In this document: in pieces, positions 12,777-25,224 of the stretch
Position numbering within the stretch: the first letter of the stretch is position 1
Layout of the letters: each line of letters opens with the position of its first letter
Assembly (NCBI GenBank): GCA_043228905.1
Contig: JBHGNT010000013.1
Span: 7,068,001 to 7,132,000 of the forward strand
DNA length: 64,000 nucleotides
Direction of reading: 5' to 3'
Source of the DNA: Azolla caroliniana
Taxonomy: Eukaryota > Plantae > Polypodiophyta
The notes under the pieces: model-generated
The model's input: the letters and a program-made list of their open reading frames with translations, nothing else
Told to the model about the DNA's origin: nothing
Databases searched by the model: none
Position numbers and translations under genes: made by a program

Positions 12777-15700
12777 CTAGGTCGTCCGGGTCTGGTTTAG
12801 CCTCGTGCCGCTTTTTGAATGCTTTGATCCTCTTCCCCGCCACCAGTACCGCATCTTTGTGCCATCGAGCTCCGCGAGATGGTAGGTCCCATTGTTGTTG
12901 GCGCTTGTCACCACATAAGGCCCGAACCACCTTCGTGCAAACTTCCGCATTGCCATGTGCTGGTTGTCGAGGTTGCTGTCGTACACTAGCACCCAGTCGC
13001 CTTCCTCGATCTTCTTTGGTCTCAGTCGGTGAGTCCGGTCGAACTGTCCTTTGTTCTTTACCCTCGGCCTCCGCAGCTTCTCCGCGGCTCGTTCCACGTC
13101 CTCTGGTCTTCGCTCCAGCTGCCGAATCCGTGCCGCTAACAGCTCCTCCCGGCTCATCTCGTCTTTCCAGTCCACCGTGGCCCATGAGGAGATTGTCTGC
13201 TCCATTGGCATGATCGGCTTCTTCCCGTACATTAGCTCTGCCGGCATGAACCCGGTTACCGAACTGTGCGTAGTTCGGTCCGCCCACAACGCGTAGGGTA
13301 AGAGCCGCGGCCAGTTCCCGACTTGGCCTCCACACGCCCGTACTAACGCTTTGACGATCGGCCCGTGTCCGCGCTCCACCTTCCTGTTAGCCTCCGGATT
13401 GTACACCGTGGTGAGCGAGAGTTTAATTCCTAGCCGGTCAAACAGCTCTTCCGCCTCTTGCGCGTCCAATTCCCCGCGGTCGGCCACGATCTTACCTACG
13501 CACCCATACCAGCATACCACTTCTTCGATCAGAAATCGGCACACGGCCGCGGTCGTTTTGCTCTGCAACGCTCGGCCTTCCACCTGGTTCGTCAGGTCCT
13601 CCCGAGCCAGCACTAGATACTGCATCTGCCCTACCCCTATCGACATCGTCACCAGATCCACCATCCACTTGAAGTGGATGGTCGGAGGGTAGGTCGGGTG
13701 AAGCTTGTCCCAATGTCGGACTATGGAGTGCACCTGACAGCTTTAGCAAGTCGTCACGAACCGATGCACGTCCCGGTATAGTCCCGGCCACCAGTACTTC
13801 CCCTTTAGCTTCTCGAATGTGGCCCACGTCCCGCGGTGTCCGGCCCAGGGACTCTCATGGTACGCCGTCAGCAATTCTTCCTGTTCCTCTTTCTTCGCCA
13901 CCACTCGGAGCGGGATGCCGTTTCTCTTCTTCGGGTGCTTCCATATGCTCCCGTCCCGTAGGAAGAATCGGTATGCTTTCTTCCGAATCCGGTTGGCCTC
14001 TTCCTTCGTCCACGCCGCGTCCGGTGTCATTGTCTTCAGGAACCCGCCGATCTGGAGCCACTCCCCATCGTACTTGCTCTCGTCGAATTCATTAAGCACC
14101 GGAGTGCTCCCCTTTCTTGTTGTTGCATTAGCTAACCCGAAGAAGTCCTCGCCGACTTCTTCGTTATCTGAAACCATGTCGTCCTCATCGCTGAACCTCG
14201 CCCTTGAAAGCATATCGGCCATGGCGTTATCTTTTCCGGATATGTATCGTATCTCCGGGTTTAGGGACTTGATGTACGTGATTCACCTAAGCATCGCTAG
14301 GTCCAGAGTCGCGCATCCAGAAACCATACCCAGAATCGGTAGGTAGTCCGTCTCGATGATCACTTCCGTCCCGATCAGATAGTCCTTGTCGGCCTTAACT
14401 GCCGAAACGATACCCCATAGCTTGCACTTGATTTGGGCGTATCCTCGCTGCCGCTCGCTCGATACCTTTGCCCAGAACCGGATCGGGAACCGTATGTCGT
14501 CTTCGTCTTCCTAATTGATCACCCACCCGATCCCGGTCGGGCTTGTGTCCACCGTCACGTAAATGGGGACTTCCTTGCGGCAGGGTACACATCCGAACTA
14601 GGCCGAGAGGAGTCCGCATCGTTGTGACATCCCTGCTCTCTACGGCTAGTTGGAACTGATCGTACCCTGAGTACAGGTCCCCAACTGAGTAGATCGACCT
14701 CCCTGCGAAGGCCTCTGCGAACTCATCGATGGTCAGTCCGATACCTGCGTTTCGAATGGTCACCTTGTTGACCGGTTGCAAGTCCTGTATGAAGCGCAGT
14801 GTGCCGTTCTTCTTCGGCACAGTAAACCACCGATTCGAATATGGGGCACTCGATGGTTCGAGGATGCCCATCTCAACCTTCTGTTTCAACAGCTCCATCA
14901 GCTTCGGGATGTGAGCTCTGGGTACCAGAATCGGTTTGAGATTCCACGGCACATGCGGTATCGTGAAGATCACCATTGGTTCCACAACTTTCGGGTCTAC
15001 GCACCCAATCTCCTCCGGTGAGAATGTGAAAGCCTTCCCATGCCTCTTGAGCATTCTCCGAAACCGGTCCTCTTCCGCCGGCAGTAGAAAACCACCCCCA
15101 CCGATCTTGAGCTCCCGTAGCGTTATGTCGGTGAACATGTGTCCCATGCTGGCCGGATCTCGTAAACTTGGGTCCGACGCGACCCCCTTTATCCGTAACT
15201 CGCTGCCCTCCGGCAAGGGTGCCGCGACTGGTCTCACCTTCCGGTCCACAGTCTTGTACTTCGTATCCACTCAGGTCGTCCGATCCGACTCGAGTCCACT
15301 ACCGAAGTCGGTGATGACTTCGCACATCTTTTCCGAACATACCAGAATCGTCTGGTCCTCATTAAGGCCTTCTCCGAACACCTCCTGTAACTTCCCCAAG
15401 GTGTCGTCGAAAGAGACCGCCTCCACGGCTCCGTTGATTTCCTCTTCAGGGCCGAGGACTCCCCATGCCCGAAGTCGCTCCTCCGCCCGCTTCTTTTCCC
15501 GACCAACTACGCTGGCTATCGTACAACCTCCGCTATCGGAGAACCAAAATTTTCTACCTATGGTACATGTCTTCTCGCCTATAATACATCTGTGGGGTTT
15601 TTCCGGGGTGTCCGGACTATCGCAACCCCACGCCTTGATAGCCCTCTCTAAAAATCCCCTCGGTTTTCGGCACCGAGGGTCTCGCGGTTACGCTCATAGT

Positions 15701-17800
15701 TCGGTCGCACCGTCAGGAACTAGACTGAGTGACGCCCATCCTGGCTCTTGACTCGTGCATATGCCGAACCGTTGTCCAACACCTTTGTCTCCATGCGCGC
15801 TGCCGTGATGTACGGTTCTCCGAGTATCACTGGATGTGAGGATGTCTCCTACACGAAGAAGTATTGGTCGATCTCGACATCGCCTCTTTTCACTCATACA
15901 TTTGGGCAAGCTCCGTGTAGCTCCTCCGTGGCGCGCGTTGCTGCTCGTATCTTCCACCCGTGTTTGGCGTTGATCGGCCACTTTCCCTTCTTGTAGAAGT
16001 CCATGGACATCAAGTTGATCTACGAACCGTGGTCTACCAACGCCACCACCGGCTCCTGGACGTCCCCGATCCGAACAGGGGTTTCCGCAGTGGCCCTAGC
16101 CCAATGTAGCCTCGAGTAGTGGCTTTCCGCCAATTCGTCCTCCAGGGCCATGTCTTCTAGGTGCGTCGTTCGCACCTCCACCGGCTTCTCCGGCTCTAGC
16201 TCCGTCGAAAGCCTTTTCCGCTTCACCAAGTCTACGATGGAGTCGTGGAACTCCTTCTTGGCGATACCGAGCACTTCCCTCAGCAACAACTCCACTTTGC
16301 TGTCGAGGATCCGTTCCTCCAGGACCTTTCATAGGTCCGTGGTCCTTTCAATCTCCATGCTCAACCGATAACCGACCTTCTTGGCCTTGTCCGGTGCGCC
16401 GGATGCACCGACATCACTCTGCTTCGGCCCGAACCGGGTCTCATACCTTGTGAGGGTTCGTCCCCCGCGGTCTTTCCCGCTCGCTTGTCTTCCACCAGAA
16501 CCTCGTAGTTCTGGCACGCAGCTTCCACGAAGCCCGTCTTCTCTTCGACCGGGTCACTCCACCCGGTTACCTCCCGGACCCGTCTTTCCCCGCGGTTCGC
16601 TTCCTCTTTCTTCAACCTTACGCCGGCGAGGCCTTCCAGCATCACCGGCTAGAATCCAGCTTCCTTCATCTTCTGGTCTTCATCGCTTCCGACCCAGATT
16701 CCAGCCGACGCCGAGTAGTGGACGGTCTCCGCGTGGTGAGCCGCAACTTCTTCCATCAGCCGTTTCATACCCCCTCGTCTGACATTCAGATCTAGGGCCC
16801 TCCAGGTCTCGCTAGCGTGCACCTGACCATTCCATAGGTACACCACGTTAGCTCTTATCGCTTCAGCGAAGTCCCCGCAGTCCTTTCGGGCATGGCCGAC
16901 CGCGTCGCACCACAAGCACCGGCTCCCAGCCGGAGGACTTCGGTTACGGACTTGTTCTCCGCCGTCCCTTCGTGCTTGCGCGATTTGGAGGTCCGTCACC
17001 ATCTGAGTTAGCTCCTCCAGAGTCGCTCCTCCGGACGAGCCTTTGACCATGCCGGTCGAAGTCGATCCGGTCTCGAACTAGTCTCGGGTCTCTTCCCTTC
17101 GCGCCGGTGGGGGTACCTCGACCTTCCTTGTCGCAACAAAACCCGCCCCCATCAAGCCTTTATCGACCCACTCACGCCGTTTGTCAAAACGGTCGCAGAC
17201 TCTCTTTACCACGGCCCAGTCGGTTGTTAGGCCGTCATCGGTCTCCAGCAGGAAGCCCACTTGCTCCCGGTCCCTTGCATCCACCGATTTAACGAATAAT
17301 AGGACACGACTCGTGTCTAGCACGGTCCGGTCCAGCGCTAAAAGTCGTGCGAAGCGTTCTTCAAACTCCCGAAGGAGCACCGACGCATTTCTCCTCTTTT
17401 CGGGGGACTCCACCCATTCCATGAAGTCCCGCTTCGACAGCTGAAGCGCGTCATCAAGCCCATATTTTTCAAGGAGCCGACCTTCAAACTCTTCCCAGGT
17501 CCAACTCTCAGCCCGTACCTCAAGCATCTCCGAGTGGATGCCCGACATCGCCACCCAAGGGAATCCGGCCAGTCGCCTGTCCTCCGAGATGTCACTCATC
17601 ACCATTTCGGCTCGATAGGCCTCCAAATAGCTCGTGGCGTCCTTCCCACCGAACCGGCCTATCGTGCCAACGACCGCTTCAATAGCCCTATCGAGGGCGC
17701 TTGTGCCTTCGCGCGCACTCACTATCCGATCCACAGCCGAAGCCATGGCTTCTGCAAGATCCGACCCTCTCATCTTTCTATTCCTCTGCCGCTTGTTCAC
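12777..17800 (-). pseudogene. Disrupted gag-pol of Gypsy C
   Basis: ORFs 17078-17800, 16649-17050, 16020-16295, 14395-15270, 13743-14222, 12777-13733; RT catalytic core deleted near 14580 (LPQG joined directly to RNase H sequence). Confidence 0.9.
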
Positions 17801-17813
17801 GTCGGGTTCACCA
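17796..17813 (-). promoter_or_regulatory. Primer-binding site complementary to tRNA-Trp 3' end
   Basis: + strand TTCACGTCGGGTTCACCA matches the 3' end of plant cytosolic tRNA-Trp (...GATTCACGTCGGGTTCA+CCA, recalled); 4 nt from the LTR. Confidence 0.85.
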
Positions 17814-17817
17814 AATA

Positions 17818-18220
17818 TGTCGCGTTGTTACGCGCATGCATGGAGAACGAGGCAGGACCACCGAGGCCTCGGACCGAGGAATAACCGAATGAGGGGAGGG
17901 GAAGGAAACTAACGATGTAATTCACGTGCGCACAAACCCACAGAATCACAAGAATTGCAACTAGCTACAGAACACGAGATGGAGACAGAACGAATGTTTA
18001 TGTATATATAAATCAAGGTGTTACATCATGTTTATTCCCTGTCCTTTCGGACAGGGATACGCCTCGATTTTCTACCTACTGAATGCGTGCTACCTAGGAT
18101 TTCACTTCAGCCGACTTGTACCTATCTACGTTCTATACAACAAAACTTGTGCCCACGTGTAAGGGCCGGTTTACGCATGTTATACGTGGTTTCCGCCTAG
18201 GGACGGTTTTCTCCACGACA
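17818..18220 (-). repeat. 5' LTR of Gypsy C (403 bp, internally deleted)
   Basis: Starts TGTCGTGGAG on - strand; lacks 285 bp bounded by TTACA microhomology. Confidence 0.92.
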
Positions 18221-18639
18221 ACATAAATGCGCGTCATGTGAACTCAACCAAGCCCACAGGGGACTTGAAACAAGGATGATATGATGTTATACAAGATGAT
18301 TATTCAAATTCCATTCTAGATCTCTTCTATGGAGCCCCTTTTATATCATTGGTGCTCAAAAGACTAAGGCGAGAAAAGGGATCCAACAAGGTGAATGCTC
18401 CAGGAGTCCAAACACTTAAGGAGACGAACATTCCAAGGAGGCAAGCACTCAAGGAGGCGAACATTACAAGGATGCCAATTCTTGCGGAAGGAAATTCTTT
18501 GAGGAGGCCAACACTCATGAGGTAGATGTTACTACCCTTAGTAACACAGGGTTCCGATACTCACTCCTCTGGTACTCGACTCAAGGTTTTGTGGTCAGAG
18601 GATGGCAAACGTGGACGGGCCACACACAATATTGTACAA

Positions 18640-19306
18640 CATTTAAATTCTCCCACAATGAGAACGTTGTCGTTTCTTTTGCCATGCTAAAATAGACGTT
18701 TTCAGCCAGATGCATACGAATGGTCGACCTGGTTATTTCGTCCAGTGAGTGCCATTCTTCTGTCGTCATCGAGGTAGGCTTGTTGGTGTGCCATATTGCC
18801 TCGATCTAACGTCGGATGATAAGTACATCCTACATCATATCCTTCCATAGGGAAAAGTGTTTGCCGTCCAACTTTCTTATTTCAACCCCTGTACAGGATG
18901 TTGAAGCCATGTTCTCTTTTGAAAGTGAGATTTTACTGACTTGGTCTTTCCTTTTAGCTTTTTCTGTTTTTTTGTTGCCATTGAACAACAAGTCGCTCTA
19001 ATACCAGTTGTTGATCAAGTATGCGAACAGATATGTGGAAATGTGTATGAGGACATGTCGTATTATGCTCATCAAACTACACAAAAAGTATGACAGAAGA
19101 AGAAACAGAAGCGTAGACACAGTTTGAAGCTCTAATGGAAGCTCTATTATTTCTTTCTCTCTATGTAACTCTTACAATCCGAGATTCAAGGTACAATAAG
19201 ATCTTTGTTACAACATTAGGGTTGAGCTTATATATTCAAGCCCTAACTAGAGGACGTGTTCACACTATGGTTACAAAGTGGAAGGAGTTGGCCTTTTATG
19301 CCAACA
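18640..19306 (-). mobile_element. Truncated old Copia remnant (5' LTR + PBS + gag start)
   Basis: Putative LTR 19009-19306 (TGTTG...CAACA); PBS TGGTATTAGAGC 18995-19006; gag-like MASTSCTGVEIRKLDGK...STIRMHLAENVYFSMAKETT. Confidence 0.7.
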
Positions 19307-21394
19307 AAAATTATATGTGATTATTTTTGTATTTACCGTATACTTCATCCGTGCCTATTGTACACTATGAATTGCCTTTTTTCCTATGATCATTTTAATG
19401 GGTAGCAAACCCTAAACCCATTTGTTCCAATGCAATGATAAACTCTCACCATTTGAGTTATGTTCCATCAAGATATTAATTTGCTCTTTCTTACACTCTC
19501 TTAGAGTTCACCTTAACCTGAATCTCAATCTCATGTGAAATTTGATATCTCAACTTTCTTCCCTTTTGACTTGCCACATCAAGACAATAGTTAAAAGTAG
19601 ACTTTGGGGTCCCACCATAAAATCTTCAAAGGTCACGAGTCATGACTATTGCATAAGATCTATACAATCATGCTATTAGAAAGTTTTGCAAGGTGGGCTC
19701 ATATAGTCTATCAATGACTTGATTCATTAGTTTTTCATCCGAGATTTTGACTTTTCCTCATCCATCTTCTTTCCCTTGCACACAAACTTGGATCCTTGTT
19801 GCTAATGCCGATACCAATGTCATTGAGGAGTGCGAGAAATAAAGCATACGCTAGGTACTTGTGAAGTTTGGAGCACACAAAGTAGTTGCACTTGGTTTTG
19901 GAAATGTCAAGCCCTTGATGATGATGGGTATAAGCTATAGATGGGTTTTTTAAGAGTTTTTATTGGACTTTGGGTGTAAGTTAGTTATATACTCGGGAAT
20001 CGGTACCTCGTCCAACCCATTTAGTTTTGTGTTTGCATGTGAATTTCTATACATTTATTTCAAAGGTATTAATTATCACAACCACTCTCCAACAATCAAA
20101 TAAACTTATATGGAGTTACTAGCCTTTTGATGGACTTCGTCATAGAATCAACCAATTCATTTCATGGGAAAGCCAAGTTCAAATTGCAACTTGTTTTGTA
20201 GTGCCATGAATATCTTATATACTTTTCTCACTATTATTACACTTTGACCAAGCATTGCTTGTTTCGGTCACCCATGCGATAGGTAGTATTATGCAACGAC
20301 TAAGTATTCTCTAGTTGGCCCACATGAATGGTTGATTTATGTACGAAACGTGTTCGTGATAAGAAACACATAATACACAATACATTAAATGCTAGAGCAC
20401 AATGTGATGCATTGCCTTTATACATGGTTTACACATCCCCACATATGATTGCTTCCACATTCACAAGTTTTGGAGCATTGTATGTAATTGTTGGTTCTCA
20501 AGCAGTAGGCAAAGCATTCCATATCCATTGATCCTAAAAATGTTTAAAAATTTTAGTTTCAAATCATAAGAGTAACATGTTGATCCTAAAAAGTTTACTT
20601 AACAACAATGGGATAACATTTTTTGGCAATACAACACAAATAACTATTTTTAAAAAAGCATGAAAAGTAACTAGAGAAAACTAAAAAAATGTGAAAAGAT
20701 TCCCTTACCTAGTTATCATAATGATAATGGCTTATAGCCGAGCCACACATTGTTGGGTGGAGGGCTATAAGCCTCAAGGTACACACATTGGTTATAGACC
20801 GCTTACAAAGTAGTCAACATAGGCAAGCAATTTCAATCAATATTATAGGGCATAAGAAATACTAGTAGTATTTTCTTCCGCCTTTTTCTAAAGTGATGTG
20901 ATTGCATTGGGTTACATACTTTGATCTTCATTTCTTCATGCCAAATTATGGACATTGTTGACAACATGAGAAACATGGGAACTCCCTCCCCCTATGTAGT
21001 TTTGTAAATCTCGAGCAAAGGAACCTATTGGACTAGAATTCACGACTAAGGCAACATGGGTTGGGCTATGCACCATCTACATACATACATACTAATAATA
21101 GAGATGATTTCCCCCTTTGTTGGTGTTGTCCAAAAAAAGGTTCTATTAAACTAGATTCAAGTCACCCAATAGCTTATATTTGGGTTGGTTGGGCTACGTA
21201 GTAACCAATGTAGTTGAGTTGATTTTTGTCGTTCTAGTTTACAACATCTAGACCAAAGAAATAAGTGAAATTAGAAATCATGGCTAAGTAGTAGTAGTAT
21301 GTACATCTTGGGGGTTGGGTTAGAAGCTTGGATTCATGAAGTGGCGTGGTGCATATTCTTCCGGCTTCTACACATGCAATTCTCCTCCTCCCTG

Positions 21395-21395
<1 letters not shown>

Positions 21396-21425
<30 letters not shown>

Positions 21426-21455
21426 CAAACATACATACATACATACACACATACA

Positions 21456-21484
<29 letters not shown>
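21396..21484. repeat. (TACA)n microsatellite upstream of host gene
   Basis: About 22 slightly imperfect TACA units. Confidence 0.95.
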
Positions 21485-21486
<2 letters not shown>

Positions 21487-21680
21487 TGGGCTCTCTTTCT
21501 TTCTCTGTCATATATACATATATATATAAAAGAAGATAGCTAGCTATAGCTCCTTTTCATCTATCTATCTGTTCTTAGTTCTACCAAATAAGGAAGGAGG
21601 AGGGCCTAAGAGGACGGACTGACTTGACTTGGTTCTTCTTCATTCTTCATTCTTCATTCTTCATTCAGAAGGACTTTGGG

Positions 21681-23628
21681 ATGCTCCATCGCTGGCAGAT
21701 GACAGTGATACAGGTGGTGGTTCCTGGTATAGCCGCCCTCCTCCTCTTATTCTTACTACTAACCGCTTGCTTCTGCTACCGGCGGAGGAAGACCCCTTCC
21801 CTCCATGGCTACAACTACAAGAATGCAGGAACCATACGTAGTAGTAGTAGTAGTAGTAGCCATGGAGGGAAGGGGAAGGGGTCTTCCTCCACCACCAGGA
21901 TGATGATGATGATTGTGGATGAGCAGAGCCGTCGTAGTAGTCGTCGTAGTAGGTCTGCTAAATCTGGATGGCGTCTCTTCTCAACAAAGAGGGACCCAAC
22001 AAAGAGAGCTGCGAGCTTGTGGAGGGTTAGTTACCCAATCAAGGCCTTCGATTGGAGTGAGAACCCAGCCCTTGTAGCAGAGGCTGTGGAGCATGGATGG
22101 GCTGCTTTTGCTTTTACCTACACTGCAATGCATAGCGCCTCCTCCTTGGTCTCCTCACATAACGCTTCACATCTTCATCATATCCGTCGCCATCATCATC
22201 ACCATCACCATCGTGACTTGATGTGGAGCAATGTTTCATGCACATCTAGCACTTGTGGTAGTAGAAATGAGTTGGATCAGCTACATGAGCCGGAGATCTG
22301 TTGGGAGATGGGTCATGCATCTCAACATTTACAGAAGCTATGGCTCAACCCTAGCTTGCCTTTGCCCTCACGTAAGGACAACGTCTTCACATATGTCCAG
22401 GCCCTACAGTCGGTTCTTCCTCTACCTGGACCGCCCATTGCTGCCCGTTTCTTCCCCCAAGAAGGGTACTTTGAGATCACTATCTTGGCGGAAGGGTGCG
22501 AGTACAATGCTGACATGTCTAGGAGCTCACTCGCAGAAAATGAACATGCGAAGCTTATCTCTAAAAAGCCCCTGTCCGATAAATTTAATGTTGCGATGCC
22601 TGACCAGCATCATCACCACATGAATCCCGAGGTAATTCGTGATGGAAGACTGAGATTGGGTCAACAAGGTGAAAATGTTCCAAGCGCACTTCCGGCTGAT
22701 GATGGCACATCACACTTCGCCATTGAGAAGACATCTGCTCCTAGCAAAGACAATCTTATTGACGGTCTTCAAATAGCTGCACTTGGTTTGGCTGCTGGTG
22801 GGGCACCTCCTTTTAGACTTCCTGGTCATGATGCTGGATCTGTTGGGTTCCACTCGAATGGGCGGATATACTTGAATGGTAAGATGTTTCCTTTTGGGTT
22901 TTATCCATAATATGCACCATTTATTGATCTGTGTTGTCCAAATATCTTCCAAAGATCGGTGTAATTTGCACTATGGTCTCAGCTTGTATACGAATTCAGA
23001 GAAATGATTGATTCTATGAAAAAGAAACCATTTATGTGTTCTTCTATGTCTTATCTATCCCCTCCCTCTCCTCCATATATTGTGGAAAATTTACCAGGTT
23101 GTTTCCGCAGTTTTCATTGCAATTACATCTTATGTCAGTCTTATTGCAGGTATCCTCCATGTTGAGCAAGGATCGAAATTCCCAGCTATCAAGCACACAT
23201 GGGGCTCTGTGAAGTCCACTGTAGGATGTGGTTTCGATCCTCTTTCAAGAAAGGTATTCTTCACAGTGGATGGAGAGAAGGTGTATGAACTCACTGCGGA
23301 TAACAATGAGTTTGGTAAACCTCTGTACCCCATTGTTGCTTCGAATTATGATGTTACATTACTGGTAAATTTTGGACAAATCGCATTTGAATATGCTTTG
23401 GCAAACACCCAGAGAGTATCCATCCCTTATTTACACAGACCATTTTCAAGGTCAATGAGAAATGGTTCAATGAATGAAGATAGTGGGGATCTTTTCTCCA
23501 TGGGGAGAATAGACTCACAATGGCTGTCTGAGGTAGGGTCATCTGATGGGGATGAGATGCAGCATCGGCAAGTTCTCTCCGAGGCCGAGTCTGATCTTTT
23601 TGAGATCGTGTTAGAATCATCAAGTTGA
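21681..23628 (+). CDS. Host gene: N-terminal transmembrane + SPRY/B30.2-domain protein (SSH4/Ear1-like plant family), 2 exons join(21681..22878,23150..23628), 558 aa
   Basis: ATG 21681; hydrophobic VVVPGIAALLLLFLLLTACFCY followed by RRRK; SPRY motifs YFEITIL, LPG..GSVGFHSNG, VGCGFD...VFFTVDG, LYP...VNFGQ..F; phase-1 GTAAG...TTGCAG intron 22879-23149 joins the two ORFs in frame (NG|ILH); stop TGA 23626-23628. Confidence 0.9.
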
Positions 23629-24983
23629 TCTTTTTGAGGTCATCTTAATCTTTCCAAGTTGAGGTGTGTGTAACTCTCAGTTTTGTCGAAAGTACAACGT
23701 TGGTCAGTGGATTGCTTACATTGTTGAAACTTTTTGGGCTGCGTTGCAGACCATTAATAGGTGCAGCAAGAGCTATTGGACTCATGTTCATGTTTCTATG
23801 GAGAAGAAAATTGCCCAACTGGACATTATCAGTATTTTGGGGAAGATTCCTTCATATGTATATAGATATTCATAAAAAGGTAGATAGAGTTCAATTGAAC
23901 AGCTTTTGTCATGTTCAGCTTTCTACCTTGAGGACAGCAAAGAATAAGCTAGAAATTGTATCCGATCATGATCAATCCATTCATGTAAGATTTCTGTAAA
24001 GTTCAAGTTCAGTTACTTTTCTTTTTCTTTTACCTGGATTTTAAACATGTGTGAGAGAGAAGCCTTGCATTTACTCTGGCTGTGTGATAGGATCGGATTG
24101 GATGCTGACATTTTGCAAGCAAAACAATCAGCTAAATACAACAAGTTAAGAAATAGGAACAAGCGAAGACGAGTCAAGTGGGCCACGTGTTCTCGCCTGT
24201 ATTGGATGCCCATATTCCATCATCGAACATGGAGATGAGGAGGTCATCTCCATTTTTGATTAGGAATTGACATGAGTATTCATGCATGTACATGGACTCT
24301 TAGTGCGATTCCAATGCTTTGTATTCATGTCTCGTGATGAATTAGCTAGCAGCAGCCACAATATTATCCTAACAACATTCATGATGATTCTTGCCATCTA
24401 GTTTTTAGAAGATATAATATTTTAATAGCTGCCTCTCACCTAGTAATCTAGATGCATCATATCAATACTGACTCGATTGAAGCTAGTTTGGTGAAGTAGG
24501 TAATATTGGATCTTGGATCCAATACTTCCCTTGCTATATCAGACACATTGTGGTGGTGTAACAATATTCATCCCATCTTAAATCAATCATCTATCATGGT
24601 TGATTTGAGCAATAATAAAATGGGGATCGACAACCAATAATTGTTGTAATATCAAGGCATGATGTGATGCTACCCGTTACAATATGAGCTAGCATTGCAT
24701 TGCCTCTTCACATAATATGAGACACTTGGTACACTCCCAATAAGGTCTAGCAAATTAATGCTTGTAGCGTTACAAACTTATTTGTGTGAAACACCTAATT
24801 GTAAAGTTAAAACAAGTTGTAAAGTGTAAACATCTGAATGTAAAGTCAAAACATGATGGCGTGGCAAAGCTTTTGCTTTACACTATCAAGGTTAGGGATT
24901 TCAGTCTCAAGCAATGCATTTAAAGTTTGATGTTACATTTGTCATATCAAGTTTGCATGTCTTTAGTTTGAAATACTCATAGC

Positions 24984-25224
24984 CATAGTATGTAATATAT
25001 TCGAATGCGTTGGCAAAATTCTTTTTCATACGAATGCAAACGAATGCGATTGTTATCAAAACATTCTTATGTTTTTTTACACTTTTACCTTAACTTTCTT
25101 ACTTAAAAAAAAGAATTTACCTTATAGTAAATAATGAATACAAAGTATGGTATTTACCATACTCGAATGGTTGAAACATTCTCGAATGCGAATGTACATA
25201 TGGTACGTTATGGTTCGTACTATG
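24984..25224. mobile_element. hAT-superfamily MITE (241 bp)
   Basis: TIRs CATAGTATG / CGTACTATG (8/9); perfect 8-bp TSD CTCATAGC at 24976-24983 and 25225-25232; internal CGAATG subterminal repeats. Confidence 0.85.

Larger units (their letters stand above)
11962..18220 (-). mobile_element. Non-chromoviral Ty3/Gypsy element C (decayed), tRNA-Trp primed, 4-bp TSD
   Basis: LTRs 11962-12649 and 17818-18220; TSD ACAT (11958-11961/18221-18224); PPT TTAGGTGGAGGCGGA next to 3' LTR; gag 17078-17800, knuckle CLWCDAVGHARKDC, protease LVDHGS, RT, RNase H, integrase with GPY; order PR-RT-RH-INT; no chromodomain. Confidence 0.94.

Noticed and set aside
19800-20100. PBS-like GCCGATACCA followed by TGTCATTG (possible old LTR)
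   Set aside because: Too degenerate; no partner LTR or recognisable coding sequence
20984-21200. Degenerate ~125-bp direct repeat upstream of the host gene
   Set aside because: Similarity is patchy and cannot be distinguished from chance or an ancient remnant without alignment
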